A stretch of 45,512 nt of DNA, taken from positions 2,193 through 47,704 of the forward strand of contig CAZWLS010000001.1 in NCBI GenBank assembly GCA_964634415.1, in the 5' to 3' direction. The notes below the pieces were generated by a model. That model ran no database searches and was not told where the DNA came from. It saw only the letters and a list, made by a program, of their open reading frames with translations. Positions 8,729-18,762 of the stretch are shown here, in pieces; positions within the stretch are counted from its first letter, which is position 1, and the number at the start of each line of letters is the position of its first letter. This DNA is from an uncultured Roseivirgaceae bacterium. GTDB lineage: Bacteria > Bacteroidota > Bacteroidia > Cytophagales > Cyclobacteriaceae. The position numbers and the translations under genes are program-made.

Positions 8729-10186
8729 TTATTTTATTCTTGCTTTAGCGCGAAATCCTAAATAATAAGAGTAAAAAATATCAAATTTTGCTCTATCAAA
8801 TTTTCGGATAAGCAAAGTATATAGAATGCCTGCGATAAAAAAGATCAATGCTATTTCAATAATAACTAAGATCCTATTACTGTCATCGAGCATTATCATG
8901 CCTTTAGAAAAGTAAATTGCAGTGGATAAAATGAATGCAAGGAATCCAGGAATAACAATATTCTTGAAATATTTGGCCCAACTCAATTTGATCAACCTTC
9001 CTGCTAAGAAAAACTGAATAGGTTCTATAATTATGGTTCTGGAAAAAAACATTAACACGGCAACTTCCAGAGATATTTGACATCCAACAAAGAATAAAAT
9101 ACTTCCAACTACAGCTCTAATTATCGTAAGATTCATTCTCCATTTTGCCTTCCCTAAAGCAGTAATTACTGACCCATTGAAATAAGAGAAAGTGAGTATT
9201 AGGGCAGCGAGAACAAATATTTGAAAGAGCGATATACTTGGAGCCCATTTTGTTCCTAGTATTAGGATAATTTCGGAGCTAAAAACAATCATAAAACACA
9301 AAACGGGAAATATTATCACAGAAGCTAGTGAAGTGATTTTATAAAACGCACTTCTTACGTTATCTACGTCATCTTGCATTTTAGAAAAATAAGGCAAAGT
9401 GACTTTGGTCAATGAGACGGTTATGATGTTCATAACCAAAAGAAATAGTCGATTTGCTAATGAATAATAGCCCAGTGCCGTTGGTCCAAGAAAGTAGCCA
9501 ATAAAAAGCCTTAGGCCCTGTCTATTGTAAATAGATACTAGCTCATTTAGAAAAATGAATTTAGCATATTCAAATAGTTTGCGAACACTTTTGAGTTGGA
9601 ACTGAAATGATGGAGCCCATCTATTAAACGACCACAACATAATCATACCCATAAATGGAAGTGTAATTTGCTGCCATACCAAACTCCAATAACCATAATC
9701 ATGAAAAGCTAATATTAAAGCAACTGAACCAGAGCTGAGTGTCGCAGTAATATTTCTTATGGCCAGAGACTTAAATTTCATTTCTTTCTGCAATAGACAT
9801 TCCGGCAACACAGACAACCCCTTGAAAACAGGGATTATGCTCATTGGCTTCAAGATCTCAGCAAGTTGTGGTTGATTAAAAATCTTGCCAATAAAATCGC
9901 TTAGCAGAAAAATTGACAATGCGGTAAAAACTGCCAAGAATAAGATCAAATAAAAAGCAGTGCTGAGTTCGAGTTTAGTGACATCCTTCTTTTGAATAAT
10001 TGCAACATTAAACCCAAAGGTGATTGCCATATTTAATAAGAGAATGAAGAATGAGGCCAGGTTAACAAACCCAAAACTCTCCACATTTAGTTGATAGGCC
10101 AGTATGAAGAAAACCCCAAGCGAGAAAAAATTTAGCAGTACAGCATCAATTGTTGACCACTTGATTGCATTTAATCCTTTACCCAT
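8729..10186 (-). CDS. wzx: Wzx flippase (PST family)
   Basis: 12-14 TM segments; AIIQKK, ELSTAF, L.KEMKFK.LA, GYWSLVWQQI, LGPTALGYYSLA, P.FSKMQDD. Confidence 0.9.
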   Translation of the reverse strand: MGKGLNAIKWSTIDAVLLNFFSLGVFFILAYQLNVESFGFVNLASFFILLLNMAITFGFNVAIIQKKDVTKLELSTAFYLILFLAVFTALSIFLLSDFIGKIFNQPQLAEILKPMSIIPVFKGLSVLPECLLQKEMKFKSLAIRNITATLSSGSVALILAFHDYGYWSLVWQQITLPFMGMIMLWSFNRWAPSFQFQLKSVRKLFEYAKFIFLNELVSIYNRQGLRLFIGYFLGPTALGYYSLANRLFLLVMNIITVSLTKVTLPYFSKMQDDVDNVRSAFYKITSLASVIIFPVLCFMIVFSSEIILILGTKWAPSISLFQIFVLAALILTFSYFNGSVITALGKAKWRMNLTIIRAVVGSILFFVGCQISLEVAVLMFFSRTIIIEPIQFFLAGRLIKLSWAKYFKNIVIPGFLAFILSTAIYFSKGMIMLDDSNRILVIIEIALIFFIAGILYTLLIRKFDRAKFDIFYSYYLGFRAKARIK

Positions 10187-10234
10187 CTTTTAAACTCTCA
10201 TGAAGCTAACGAATGATAATAATGACAAAAGCCA

Positions 10235-11305
10235 TTACTTCAATAAAAAACGCACAGAAAGAATACCAATTGAAACGAAGCCAGATAGAATCACAGAAAG
10301 CACTAGTATAACACCTCTTCTTGGTTCACTTCTTTCTACGGGGTATATGACTGGCTCAAGCACCGTAAATACTGGCTTATCTTTGTTCAATTCAATTTTA
10401 GCTTGCTCTAATTGTGAAGCTAACCCTTTGTAGACCTCAAATGCCACATCATATTCACTCTGTAATCTTTCTAGTCGAGTCTGCGAGGCTGCTGTGCTTG
10501 TAATTCGGTTTTTATCCTTAAATACGGCCAAATTATTCTGCCTTTCTTCGAATTCTTTCTTGGCTCTTTCAAAACTATTACCAACGAATTCCAATTGCGC
10601 CTTACTTTTTTCGATTCTAAATCTTGTGATTTCTTCAATAAGCAATTCGATAACTTTTTCTGTCAACTCAGAAGCAGCTGTTGCATCAGGCATCTTAGTA
10701 GTAACATGCAAAGCACCTGTTTCGGATTCGAGGTAAACTTGTATCCTACTTCTCATCAAATCCATAAGTATGAATTCTTCTTTAGAGAAATAGATAAAAT
10801 TTCTTCCTTGCTGTTTTTTTACTTCGCTCTCCTTTTTCTTAAAGAGCTTTTTTATTTCATAAGGCAGTCCAATTGTATATTTCTCTACATAACCCATTAA
10901 AGAAGGGCTATCAAAATTTAAGAAGTATACATATGAGCTCATTGCCGAATCATACGCTTCAAAATGCAATGGTTCATTTAAAATGTTACTAAGAAATGGT
11001 TTGCTGTAAGCGATTTGAGGATACAAATCTGGTGTAATTGCCCCTCCTGCTGTTCCAGAACCAAGGTCAAAACCTGCTAAACCAGCAAGTCCACCTAACC
11101 CTCCCAAATTACCAAGGGGACTATCATTAGATTCAGGCAATAGCCGACAATTCGTCTCAAATTCTATCTTAGTAGTGAACGCGATAATCAAACCGAAGAC
11201 ACAAAAAACTATGCCTGTCTTGACAATGAACATCTTATTTTGCCAAATATATTTGGCAAGATCTATGACATTGATGTCGTCTTTAACATTATCTCTATCT
11301 TCCAT
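10235..11305 (-). CDS. wzz: Wzz-type chain-length determinant (GNVR-like C-terminus, no kinase domain)
   Basis: N- and C-terminal TM helices, Gly-rich LGGLAGLAG, coiled coil, PVFTVLEP...P..RSEPRR. Confidence 0.85.
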   Translation of the reverse strand: MEDRDNVKDDINVIDLAKYIWQNKMFIVKTGIVFCVFGLIIAFTTKIEFETNCRLLPESNDSPLGNLGGLGGLAGLAGFDLGSGTAGGAITPDLYPQIAYSKPFLSNILNEPLHFEAYDSAMSSYVYFLNFDSPSLMGYVEKYTIGLPYEIKKLFKKKESEVKKQQGRNFIYFSKEEFILMDLMRSRIQVYLESETGALHVTTKMPDATAASELTEKVIELLIEEITRFRIEKSKAQLEFVGNSFERAKKEFEERQNNLAVFKDKNRITSTAASQTRLERLQSEYDVAFEVYKGLASQLEQAKIELNKDKPVFTVLEPVIYPVERSEPRRGVILVLSVILSGFVSIGILSVRFLLK

Positions 11306-13926
11306 TAGTTGCTCAATCTATCTATTACGAGTAGTAAGGTACCAACTGCCGATGTTAATGCTATAATTTCCCTTGCATCGATTTTCTCTCTATCTTCTTT
11401 TCTTGGAACGATAATATCCGCACCCGGCTTAATTGGAGGATAATTCTTAAAAAACAAGAACTTTTTAGTACGTTGTGCAGACCCATTAGCATATACTACA
11501 TACGCCTTACCAACTTTGGCTTTAGATGAAAAACCTCCCGAAGCTGATATATATTTTTTAAGCGAAAGGCCTTGTTGATACTTAATCATATTTGGATAGA
11601 GCACTTCACCTTGGACTCGAACGGTTTCGAATTGCTTTGGCACACTTATTAAGTCTCCATCTTTAAGAATTAGATCAAATCGTGACTTAGGCTGAGCTAA
11701 GATTTTGTCAAGTTCTATACCAACTGCTTGACGATCTACTAAAACTTCTGCTCCACTTACAGAATCTCTTACTAACAACTTTCGGAGTTCTTGTGCTCTG
11801 AATATTCTTGCTTCAAGGTCATTTATCGAATCTTCCGTTTTCAAAGTCTCAGTAAGTTCTTTTTCATATTCAAGCATTTGCTCTTCTACTAAATCAAAAT
11901 ACTCTACAGCAACAGTACTTTCTGTCAAAAATTTAGCTTCTAGTTCTTCACGCTTCGCATCTAAGAGAGCTTGTATTTCCTCTTTTTCAAATTCAGTTCG
12001 AAAATATTCGGTCCTCCTTATTAGTGAAGAGCCTTCTGCATACCCATATTTCGTTAGTCCCCCGGCTCGCTCTATTAAATCAGAAACTTTATCATCATTA
12101 GATTCTAATGCGTAATATCCAGGGTAGTTAACCTCTCCCTCTATTTTCACCACCTTGTGCTGTCTTACCAGCGGTGTAGATTTGATAAGAACAAGGTCAA
12201 AAGGTTGTAATTGAAACTTAGATGCCTCTTCGTTTATTTCCAAGTCTCTATTTATTTCGAATGTGAATATTTGAGACGAATTTGATAGATCCTCATCTCC
12301 AGTCAATCTACGTGCAACCTCAATGGTAGACGTGCTTGCATCTTCTTTCAATCCACCTGAAAGCGCTACCAGGTCTTCCACGGTCATTGAATCTATATAT
12401 GGAAAAACGCCGGGATTTCTTACTTGTCCATCAATCGTGATAATTTGGTTTTCATTCATATCAAAAATTGAAGAGATACGAATGACATCATCAGCACTAA
12501 GTGCAATATCCTGGTTATTGTTCAACACTTCCTGAACATCAAATGCAATATTTTTTAAAGAGAGAGAATTCGAAAGTCTAATAACATTGCCGCGATTCAA
12601 GTATGCGTCTTCTCTTAGTCCATTTGCTTTTGCGATCAGTGAAGCAAGCGTCATCCCAGGTTCTAATTCATAATATCCGGGCCTTCTTACAGCCCCCTCA
12701 AGTTTTACTCGATTGGAGTAAGTGTTCATCACTTTGGTAACGAATATTGAGTCTCCATCCATCATTTTCTCGGACCCAAACTCGGAGCGATCTACTGTTG
12801 AAACCTCTCTCTCGCTAGCTCCAATCCTGTCTATGGTTAGAAAGTCTTTAAATGCGCCATTTCGAAACCCTCCTGAAAAATTCAACAAGTAATCTACGGT
12901 CTCATTTTCCTTCAACTCATATATAGCAGGTTGCTTAACATTTCCAGCTAGCTTAACTCTGTTTACATATGGCTTAACGATTACGACATCTTGATCTAGA
13001 AGCTGAGGATTCTGATCGCTCTCACCCTCAAATAGGTATTTATAAACATCAAGAACGGCTATATTTTTACCATCTCTAAAGACCTCAATTTGTCTCAGAG
13101 ATCCATTCTCAGTAGGCCCTCCAGCAAAGTAAAGAGCATTAAAAGCAGTTGAAAAAGAAGATAGTTCATATGTCCCGGGTTGAACAACATTACCAACTAC
13201 ATTCACTTTTATTGACCGAACCTGACCTAGTGACACTTGAATAAATGTATTAGGATTTCTTCCTCTCAAACCAGAATAAATCGATGCCATTCGATTAAAA
13301 ATTCTATTCTTCGCCTCCTTTACACTGATACCTCCAAGACTTATTGGACCGATACCACTCACCAAAATTGTTCCATCCGGGCTAATTATTTCCTGATAAG
13401 TAATTTCCGAAGAACCATAAACATCGATTATTATCTCATCACCAGCTCCAAGTGTGTAACTCTGCGGTGTAGCAACATTTAATGAAGGTTCGAAGGTTAT
13501 TTCAGCAGTCTTAAAAATATCCATACCGAATATTTCCAGTTCATTAGAAATTGAATCTCCTTCATTAAGAAAAGTGAAAAATGAATATTCGTCTTCCTCC
13601 TCTTCGCTACCTTCTCTTAATCGATCTGATGGAGAAGTGATTTGCGTATCGGTTGAAGTTCCCAACTGCAGTTGTCGAATTCTATTTCTCAATTTGCTTA
13701 TCTGAGAACTTGACATTCCTCTCTGCTGCGCAACGAGTTCTAGTTGTTGCAACGTTAGACCACTTTCTTGCGCTCTATCTAAGAATTGCTGTATCTGAGC
13801 ATCAGAAAGTTCATCAATGTTTACAGAGTTTAAGTCACTTGATGACAGATCATTTACATCCTGCGCAAGGCTTTGAATACCACAAATAATTGCAAGAAAG
13901 ATCAGACAGTACTTAATTGTGTTCAT
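11305..13926 (-). CDS. Polysaccharide export protein with SLBB repeats (Wza/KpsD-like)
   Basis: Signal peptide, Y.LGAGDE..IDVYG poly_export motif, multiple G.V..PG.Y SLBB repeats. ATG at 13926; alternative TTG at 13941. Confidence 0.9.
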   Translation of the reverse strand: MNTIKYCLIFLAIICGIQSLAQDVNDLSSSDLNSVNIDELSDAQIQQFLDRAQESGLTLQQLELVAQQRGMSSSQISKLRNRIRQLQLGTSTDTQITSPSDRLREGSEEEEDEYSFFTFLNEGDSISNELEIFGMDIFKTAEITFEPSLNVATPQSYTLGAGDEIIIDVYGSSEITYQEIISPDGTILVSGIGPISLGGISVKEAKNRIFNRMASIYSGLRGRNPNTFIQVSLGQVRSIKVNVVGNVVQPGTYELSSFSTAFNALYFAGGPTENGSLRQIEVFRDGKNIAVLDVYKYLFEGESDQNPQLLDQDVVIVKPYVNRVKLAGNVKQPAIYELKENETVDYLLNFSGGFRNGAFKDFLTIDRIGASEREVSTVDRSEFGSEKMMDGDSIFVTKVMNTYSNRVKLEGAVRRPGYYELEPGMTLASLIAKANGLREDAYLNRGNVIRLSNSLSLKNIAFDVQEVLNNNQDIALSADDVIRISSIFDMNENQIITIDGQVRNPGVFPYIDSMTVEDLVALSGGLKEDASTSTIEVARRLTGDEDLSNSSQIFTFEINRDLEINEEASKFQLQPFDLVLIKSTPLVRQHKVVKIEGEVNYPGYYALESNDDKVSDLIERAGGLTKYGYAEGSSLIRRTEYFRTEFEKEEIQALLDAKREELEAKFLTESTVAVEYFDLVEEQMLEYEKELTETLKTEDSINDLEARIFRAQELRKLLVRDSVSGAEVLVDRQAVGIELDKILAQPKSRFDLILKDGDLISVPKQFETVRVQGEVLYPNMIKYQQGLSLKKYISASGGFSSKAKVGKAYVVYANGSAQRTKKFLFFKNYPPIKPGADIIVPRKEDREKIDAREIIALTSAVGTLLLVIDRLSN

Positions 13927-13942
13927 TGGTTTGGATTCCAAA

Positions 13943-14713
13943 TTAAAATGGTAAAACTATAAAGTATGGATTTAATAGGTTCTCCTTGTTATAGGTCAAA
14001 GGTGTTTCACCATCCTCTAAAACCACACTTCCACCGGCTTCTTTTACAATAGAATGAGCAGCCGCAGTATCCCATTCCATTGTTGGACCCAACCTAGGAT
14101 ATACGTCAGCGCTCCCTGAAGCTATCAACAAAAATTTTAACGAGCTTCCTTTCGACACAATACTTGGATTATCAAGTTTAGCAACGTATGCTTCCGTTTC
14201 AGGACTCATATGAGACCGTGAAGCTACAACTCTCATACCTGACTCACTAAGTTGCTTTTTAGTTGTACTAAGCTTGGTTACATCTCCATCTTTTTCCACA
14301 TAAGCACCTGTGCCATTTATTGCCCAATACATTTCACCAATAACTGGTGGATAAACCACTCCAAGAATTGATTCTCCATTGTGTATTAGCGCAATATTGA
14401 CAGTGAATTCACCATTTTTCTTAATGAATTCTTTAGTCCCGTCGAGAGGATCCACCATCCAAAAGTATTCCCACTTAGATCGCTCATCAAACGAAACATC
14501 CTTTCCTTCTTCACTTAAAATAGGAATTTCTGTTTTTTCTAGAAATGAGACGATCCTATTGTGAGCCGCTTTATCCGCCATTGTCAAAGGAGAATTATCC
14601 GATTTAGCCTCAATGGAGAAATCACCAGATTCGTATATTTCTAAAATATCTTCACCTGCAGCTTTTGCAGCTTCTTTAGCTATCTCAAGTAGTTTTTCTA
14701 AATCTAAACTCAT
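13943..14713 (-). CDS. cysQ: 3'(2'),5'-bisphosphate nucleotidase
   Basis: SPLTMAD, LSEEG, VDPLDGTKEF, GSSLKF, MEWDTAA. Confidence 0.95.
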   Translation of the reverse strand: MSLDLEKLLEIAKEAAKAAGEDILEIYESGDFSIEAKSDNSPLTMADKAAHNRIVSFLEKTEIPILSEEGKDVSFDERSKWEYFWMVDPLDGTKEFIKKNGEFTVNIALIHNGESILGVVYPPVIGEMYWAINGTGAYVEKDGDVTKLSTTKKQLSESGMRVVASRSHMSPETEAYVAKLDNPSIVSKGSSLKFLLIASGSADVYPRLGPTMEWDTAAAHSIVKEAGGSVVLEDGETPLTYNKENLLNPYFIVLPF

Positions 14714-15969
14714 ATGATCATGCCTGCTGCCACAGTCTCGTTTGTTCCTTCATCGACAAGAATGATACTTCCAGTATTTCTATTTTTCCTGTATGAGTCT
14801 ACAAGAAGTGGTCTCGTAGTTCGTATCTGCGCACGACAAATATCATTGGCCGTGATGCTTTTATCTTCCTCGTTTCTATGGAGGGAATTGATATCAAGTT
14901 TATAACGTATCTCCTTGATCATCGCTTTGGCATCAGCTGTGGTATGTCGGATTGTATACTTAGATCTTGGCTGAGGGCCTTTATTATTTAGCCAGCATAG
15001 CATAACATCTATGTCTTGCTTAGGCTCAGGTTGATTGTTGGTACGAACAATCATATCTCCTCTGCTTATGTCTATATCATCTTCAAGTGTGATTGTTACA
15101 GACATTGGAGCAAAAGCTTCTTCTACAGGACCTTCAAACGTATCAATAGATTTGATTTTCGAAGTAAACCCAGATGGAAGAATTGTCACTTCATCACCTG
15201 GCTTGAATACGCCACCAGCAATTCGGCCTGCATACCCTCTATAATCATGATATTCATCTGTTTGGGGTCTGATCACGGTTTGCACCGGAAATCTGCAATC
15301 GATGTGATTATGATCACTTCCTATGTGTAGATTTTCTAATGTATAAAGGAGTGTAGAGCCTTCAAACCATGGCATGTTTTTACTCCTGTTTACAACATTG
15401 TCCCCTTTCAGAGCACTTATCGGAATAAATCGAACATCTTTCACATCGAGTTTTGAGGCAAAATCCTCAAAATCAGCTTTTATCTTATTGAATTGCTCTT
15501 CGCTATAATCAACAAGATCCATTTTATTAATACAAACAATGATGTGAGGTATTTGAAGCAATGAAGCAATAATCGAATGTCTACATGTCTGTTCGATTAC
15601 ACCGTTTCTGGCATCAATTAAAATCAACGCTGCGTTAGCCGTTGAGGCACCTGTTACCATATTCCTGGTATACTGGATATGCCCTGGCGTATCAGCAATG
15701 ATGAACTTTCTTTTTGGTGTAGCGAAGTATCTGTAAGCAACATCAATTGTTATACCCTGCTCTCTTTCATCTTTCAAACCGTCAGTAAGTAGCGCAAGAT
15801 CTACTTCAGCTGAACCTCTTCGTTCACTAGTTTGCTTTACCTGATCCAGTTGATCTTCAAAAATAGATTTCGAATCATAAAGTAATCTTCCAATTAAGGT
15901 ACTCTTTCCATCATCCACGCTACCTGCTGTAGTGAAGCGCAACAATTCCATATCTAAATATCCTTCCAT
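14710..15969 (-). CDS. cysN: Sulfate adenylyltransferase subunit 1 (GTPase)
   Basis: GSVDDGKSTLIGRLL, EREQGITIDVAYRYF, DTPGH, NKMD. Confidence 0.97.
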   Translation of the reverse strand: MEGYLDMELLRFTTAGSVDDGKSTLIGRLLYDSKSIFEDQLDQVKQTSERRGSAEVDLALLTDGLKDEREQGITIDVAYRYFATPKRKFIIADTPGHIQYTRNMVTGASTANAALILIDARNGVIEQTCRHSIIASLLQIPHIIVCINKMDLVDYSEEQFNKIKADFEDFASKLDVKDVRFIPISALKGDNVVNRSKNMPWFEGSTLLYTLENLHIGSDHNHIDCRFPVQTVIRPQTDEYHDYRGYAGRIAGGVFKPGDEVTILPSGFTSKIKSIDTFEGPVEEAFAPMSVTITLEDDIDISRGDMIVRTNNQPEPKQDIDVMLCWLNNKGPQPRSKYTIRHTTADAKAMIKEIRYKLDINSLHRNEEDKSITANDICRAQIRTTRPLLVDSYRKNRNTGSIILVDEGTNETVAAGMII

Positions 15970-15989
15970 GTCTTAGTTTTTGATAGTGA

Positions 15990-16895
15990 TTAAAAATACC
16001 CTTCTTTTTTCCTGTCTTCCATAGCTGTTTCAGATCTTTTATCATCCGCTCTGTTGCCTCTCTCGGTATGTCTGGCGGCAGCTACTTCTTCTACAATTTT
16101 CTCCAGTGTATCAGCATCAGATTCTACCCCTCCTGTGATTGTTATATCACCAAGGGTTCTGAATCGTAGTTTCTTGTTTACCACCTCTTCGGAATCTTCC
16201 ACCTGAATAAAATCTGATACTGGTAACCAGGTGTTGTTTCTCCAAATTACATCTCTTTGATGCGCGAAGTATAGTGAAGGGATTTCAATATTCTCTGACA
16301 TTATATATTGCCAAACATCCATTTCAGTCCAGTTACTTAGAGGGAATACTCTAAAATGCTCTCCATATTGATGTTTGCCATTAAATACATTCCAAAGTTC
16401 TGGGCGTTGATTTTTTGGATCCCACTGACCAAACTCATCTCTATGAGAGAAAAAGCGCTCTTTTGCTCTCGCTTTTTCTTCATCTCTTCTAGCTCCTCCA
16501 ATACATGCATCAAACCCTTGTTCTTCAATTGTATCCAATAGAGTCACTGTTTGAATAGCGTTTCTACTTGCATTCTTGCCTTTTTCCTCTGCTGCTCTTC
16601 CATCATCTATTGACTTTTGAACAGAGCCTACAATAAGCTTAGCTCCTAGTTCTTCAATAAGATTGTCTCTGAATTCCATTGTTTCAGGAAAGTTGTGTCC
16701 AGTGTCAATATGAACCAATGGAAAAGGAATTTTGGCTGGGTGAAAGGCCTTTCGAGCCAAATGTGTAACACATATTGAATCCTTACCCCCAGAAAATAAT
16801 ATTGCCGGTTTTTGAAATTGAGCCGCTACTTCCCTCAAAATATAGATGGATTCGGCTTCCAACTCCTTTAAATGAGTCAGATTGTAATTCTTCAT
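15990..16895 (-). CDS. cysD: Sulfate adenylyltransferase subunit 2
   Basis: LEAESIYILREV, FSGGKDS, GGARRDEEKARAKER, WDPKNQRPELW. ATG at 16895 overlaps the cysC stop (ATGA). Confidence 0.97.
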   Translation of the reverse strand: MKNYNLTHLKELEAESIYILREVAAQFQKPAILFSGGKDSICVTHLARKAFHPAKIPFPLVHIDTGHNFPETMEFRDNLIEELGAKLIVGSVQKSIDDGRAAEEKGKNASRNAIQTVTLLDTIEEQGFDACIGGARRDEEKARAKERFFSHRDEFGQWDPKNQRPELWNVFNGKHQYGEHFRVFPLSNWTEMDVWQYIMSENIEIPSLYFAHQRDVIWRNNTWLPVSDFIQVEDSEEVVNKKLRFRTLGDITITGGVESDADTLEKIVEEVAAARHTERGNRADDKRSETAMEDRKKEGYF

Positions 16896-17494
16896 AATTG
16901 TATTTTCGGTTCTATTTCTTTTATTAATTGTGATCGACACTCATCTAAAGAATTGTCTGCTGTATTTACCCGGATATCCGGATTTGTTGGCTCTTCAAAT
17001 GGCGAAGTAATACCAGTAAAGTATTTAATCTCTCCTGCTCTTGCTTTCTTATATAGTCCTTTAACATCTCGTTCTTCACAAACTTCTAATGGACAGTCTA
17101 CATAAATTTCAACAAAATTCTCCTCTCCAACTAACTGTCTGGCCGCCTCTCGGTCTTCTTTGAATGGCGAGATAAACGCAGTTAATACTATGACACCAGC
17201 ATCAACGAACAGTTTAGACACTTCTGATATCCTTCTAATATTTTCTTTCCGGCTTTCCTCAGAAAAATCTAAATCGTTGTTTAACCCGCTTCGTACATTG
17301 TCGCCGTCGAGAATATATGTTGCGTATCCTTGGTTATAAAAATGAGTTTCTAAAGTGCTCGCAAGTGTAGACTTTCCTGATCCGGACAGGCCAGTAAACC
17401 ATAATAGTTTAGGTCGATGTCCATTTCTCTTTATTCGATCTTCGCGTGTTATTGTATGCGAGTGTGGTATGATATTGTCTCTATAATCTCCCAT
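16892..17494 (-). CDS. cysC: Adenylyl-sulfate kinase
   Basis: WFTGLSGSGKST, LDGDNVR, ENIRR, RDVKGLYKKA. Confidence 0.97.
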   Translation of the reverse strand: MGDYRDNIIPHSHTITREDRIKRNGHRPKLLWFTGLSGSGKSTLASTLETHFYNQGYATYILDGDNVRSGLNNDLDFSEESRKENIRRISEVSKLFVDAGVIVLTAFISPFKEDREAARQLVGEENFVEIYVDCPLEVCEERDVKGLYKKARAGEIKYFTGITSPFEEPTNPDIRVNTADNSLDECRSQLIKEIEPKIQL

Positions 17495-18734
17495 CAATTA
17501 AATCTTTAGGTAAGAAACTTTTTACATCGTAGATCACTGAAGTATTTTTTCTGATCTCTTGCCAGTCAAGTTTTTTAAATTCATTGTGGGACACAGCCAA
17601 GATTACTGAATCATAATCAGCTCCTATTTCTTCGGTTAGTTGCAATCCGTATTCTTCTTTGACTTGCTTAACATCCGCCTGCGGATCATACACATCGACG
17701 CCAACATTGTAAGATATCAACTCTTCGTATATGTCAATGACCCTAGTATTACGAGTATCAGGGCAATTTTCCTTAAAGGTGAATCCAAGAATTAATACTC
17801 TAGTCTGATCGCTCATCATTCTCTTCTGAGAAAGGAGTTTTATAACTTTTTGGGCAACATACTGCCCCATCTGATCATTTATTTTTCTACCTGATAGAAT
17901 CACCTGCGGATGGTAACCTACCGATTCAGCCTTTTGAGTTAAATAAAAGGGATCAACACCAATGCAATGCCCGCCAACAAGGCCAGGACGAAAAGGAAGA
18001 AAATTCCATTTTGTACCTGCGGCCTCCAAAACCTCTGTTGTATCGATATCCAATTTTTCGAATATTAATGCCAGTTCGTTCACAAAAGCAATATTCATAT
18101 CCCTTTGAGAGTTCTCAATCACTTTTGCCGCTTCAGCTACTTTTAATGAAGAAGCTTTATGAGTACCGGCTTGAATGATGGACTTATAAAAGGCATCTAC
18201 TTTTTCCGCGGCAAAATCATTACTACCACTGGTAACTTTGAGAATATTTGTGATCCTATGTTCCCTATCACCTGGATTAATTCTTTCTGGTGAATAACCG
18301 CAATAAAAGTCTTTGTTAAATTCTAGACCACTACCTTTTTCCAATATTGGCACACATACCTCTTCTGTGCATCCAGGAAAAACTGTAGATTCATAAACAA
18401 CAAAGTCTCCAGTGTTAAGTAAGGGGGCTACCGCTTTCGAAGCAGAAATTAGTGGATGTAGATCAGGATTTTTATTCTCATCAATCGGAGTAGGTACGGT
18501 TACAATATAAAAATTGCAATCAACAAGATCATTAATGTTGCTCGAATATCTAAGGTTGGAAGATTTGGAAAATTCTTCGTCAGTTACCTCTAAAGTGCGA
18601 TCAAACCCCTCATTAAGCTCATTGATACGATCAACATCAATATCAAAACCTATCGTGTCATGAGTTATACCACTCTCAACCGCTAGTGGTAAGCCAACAT
18701 ACCCTAAACCAATAATACCAACTTTGTACTCCAT
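17481..18734 (-). CDS. UDP-N-acetylhexosamine 6-dehydrogenase (WbpO/TviB-like)
   Basis: GLGYVGLP, VYESTVFPG, GYSPERINPGD, AKVIENSQRD, PGLVGGHCIGVDP, FKENCPD.RN. Confidence 0.9.
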   Translation of the reverse strand: MEYKVGIIGLGYVGLPLAVESGITHDTIGFDIDVDRINELNEGFDRTLEVTDEEFSKSSNLRYSSNINDLVDCNFYIVTVPTPIDENKNPDLHPLISASKAVAPLLNTGDFVVYESTVFPGCTEEVCVPILEKGSGLEFNKDFYCGYSPERINPGDREHRITNILKVTSGSNDFAAEKVDAFYKSIIQAGTHKASSLKVAEAAKVIENSQRDMNIAFVNELALIFEKLDIDTTEVLEAAGTKWNFLPFRPGLVGGHCIGVDPFYLTQKAESVGYHPQVILSGRKINDQMGQYVAQKVIKLLSQKRMMSDQTRVLILGFTFKENCPDTRNTRVIDIYEELISYNVGVDVYDPQADVKQVKEEYGLQLTEEIGADYDSVILAVSHNEFKKLDWQEIRKNTSVIYDVKSFLPKDLIDGRL

Positions 18735-18754
18735 TGTGAAATCCGAATTGGCCG

Positions 18755-18762
18755 CAAAAATA
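18755..18762 (-). promoter_or_regulatory. Bacteroidota housekeeping -7 promoter box (TATTTTTG) internal to the locus
   Basis: The minus strand reads TATTTTTGCGGCC, matching TAnnTTTG, in the 38-nt gap, ending 20 nt upstream of the dehydrogenase ATG. Confidence 0.6.

Noticed and set aside
16896-16940. N-terminal extension of cysD
   Set aside because: It overlaps cysC; the ATG at 16895 coupled to the cysC stop gives a normal 301-aa CysD.
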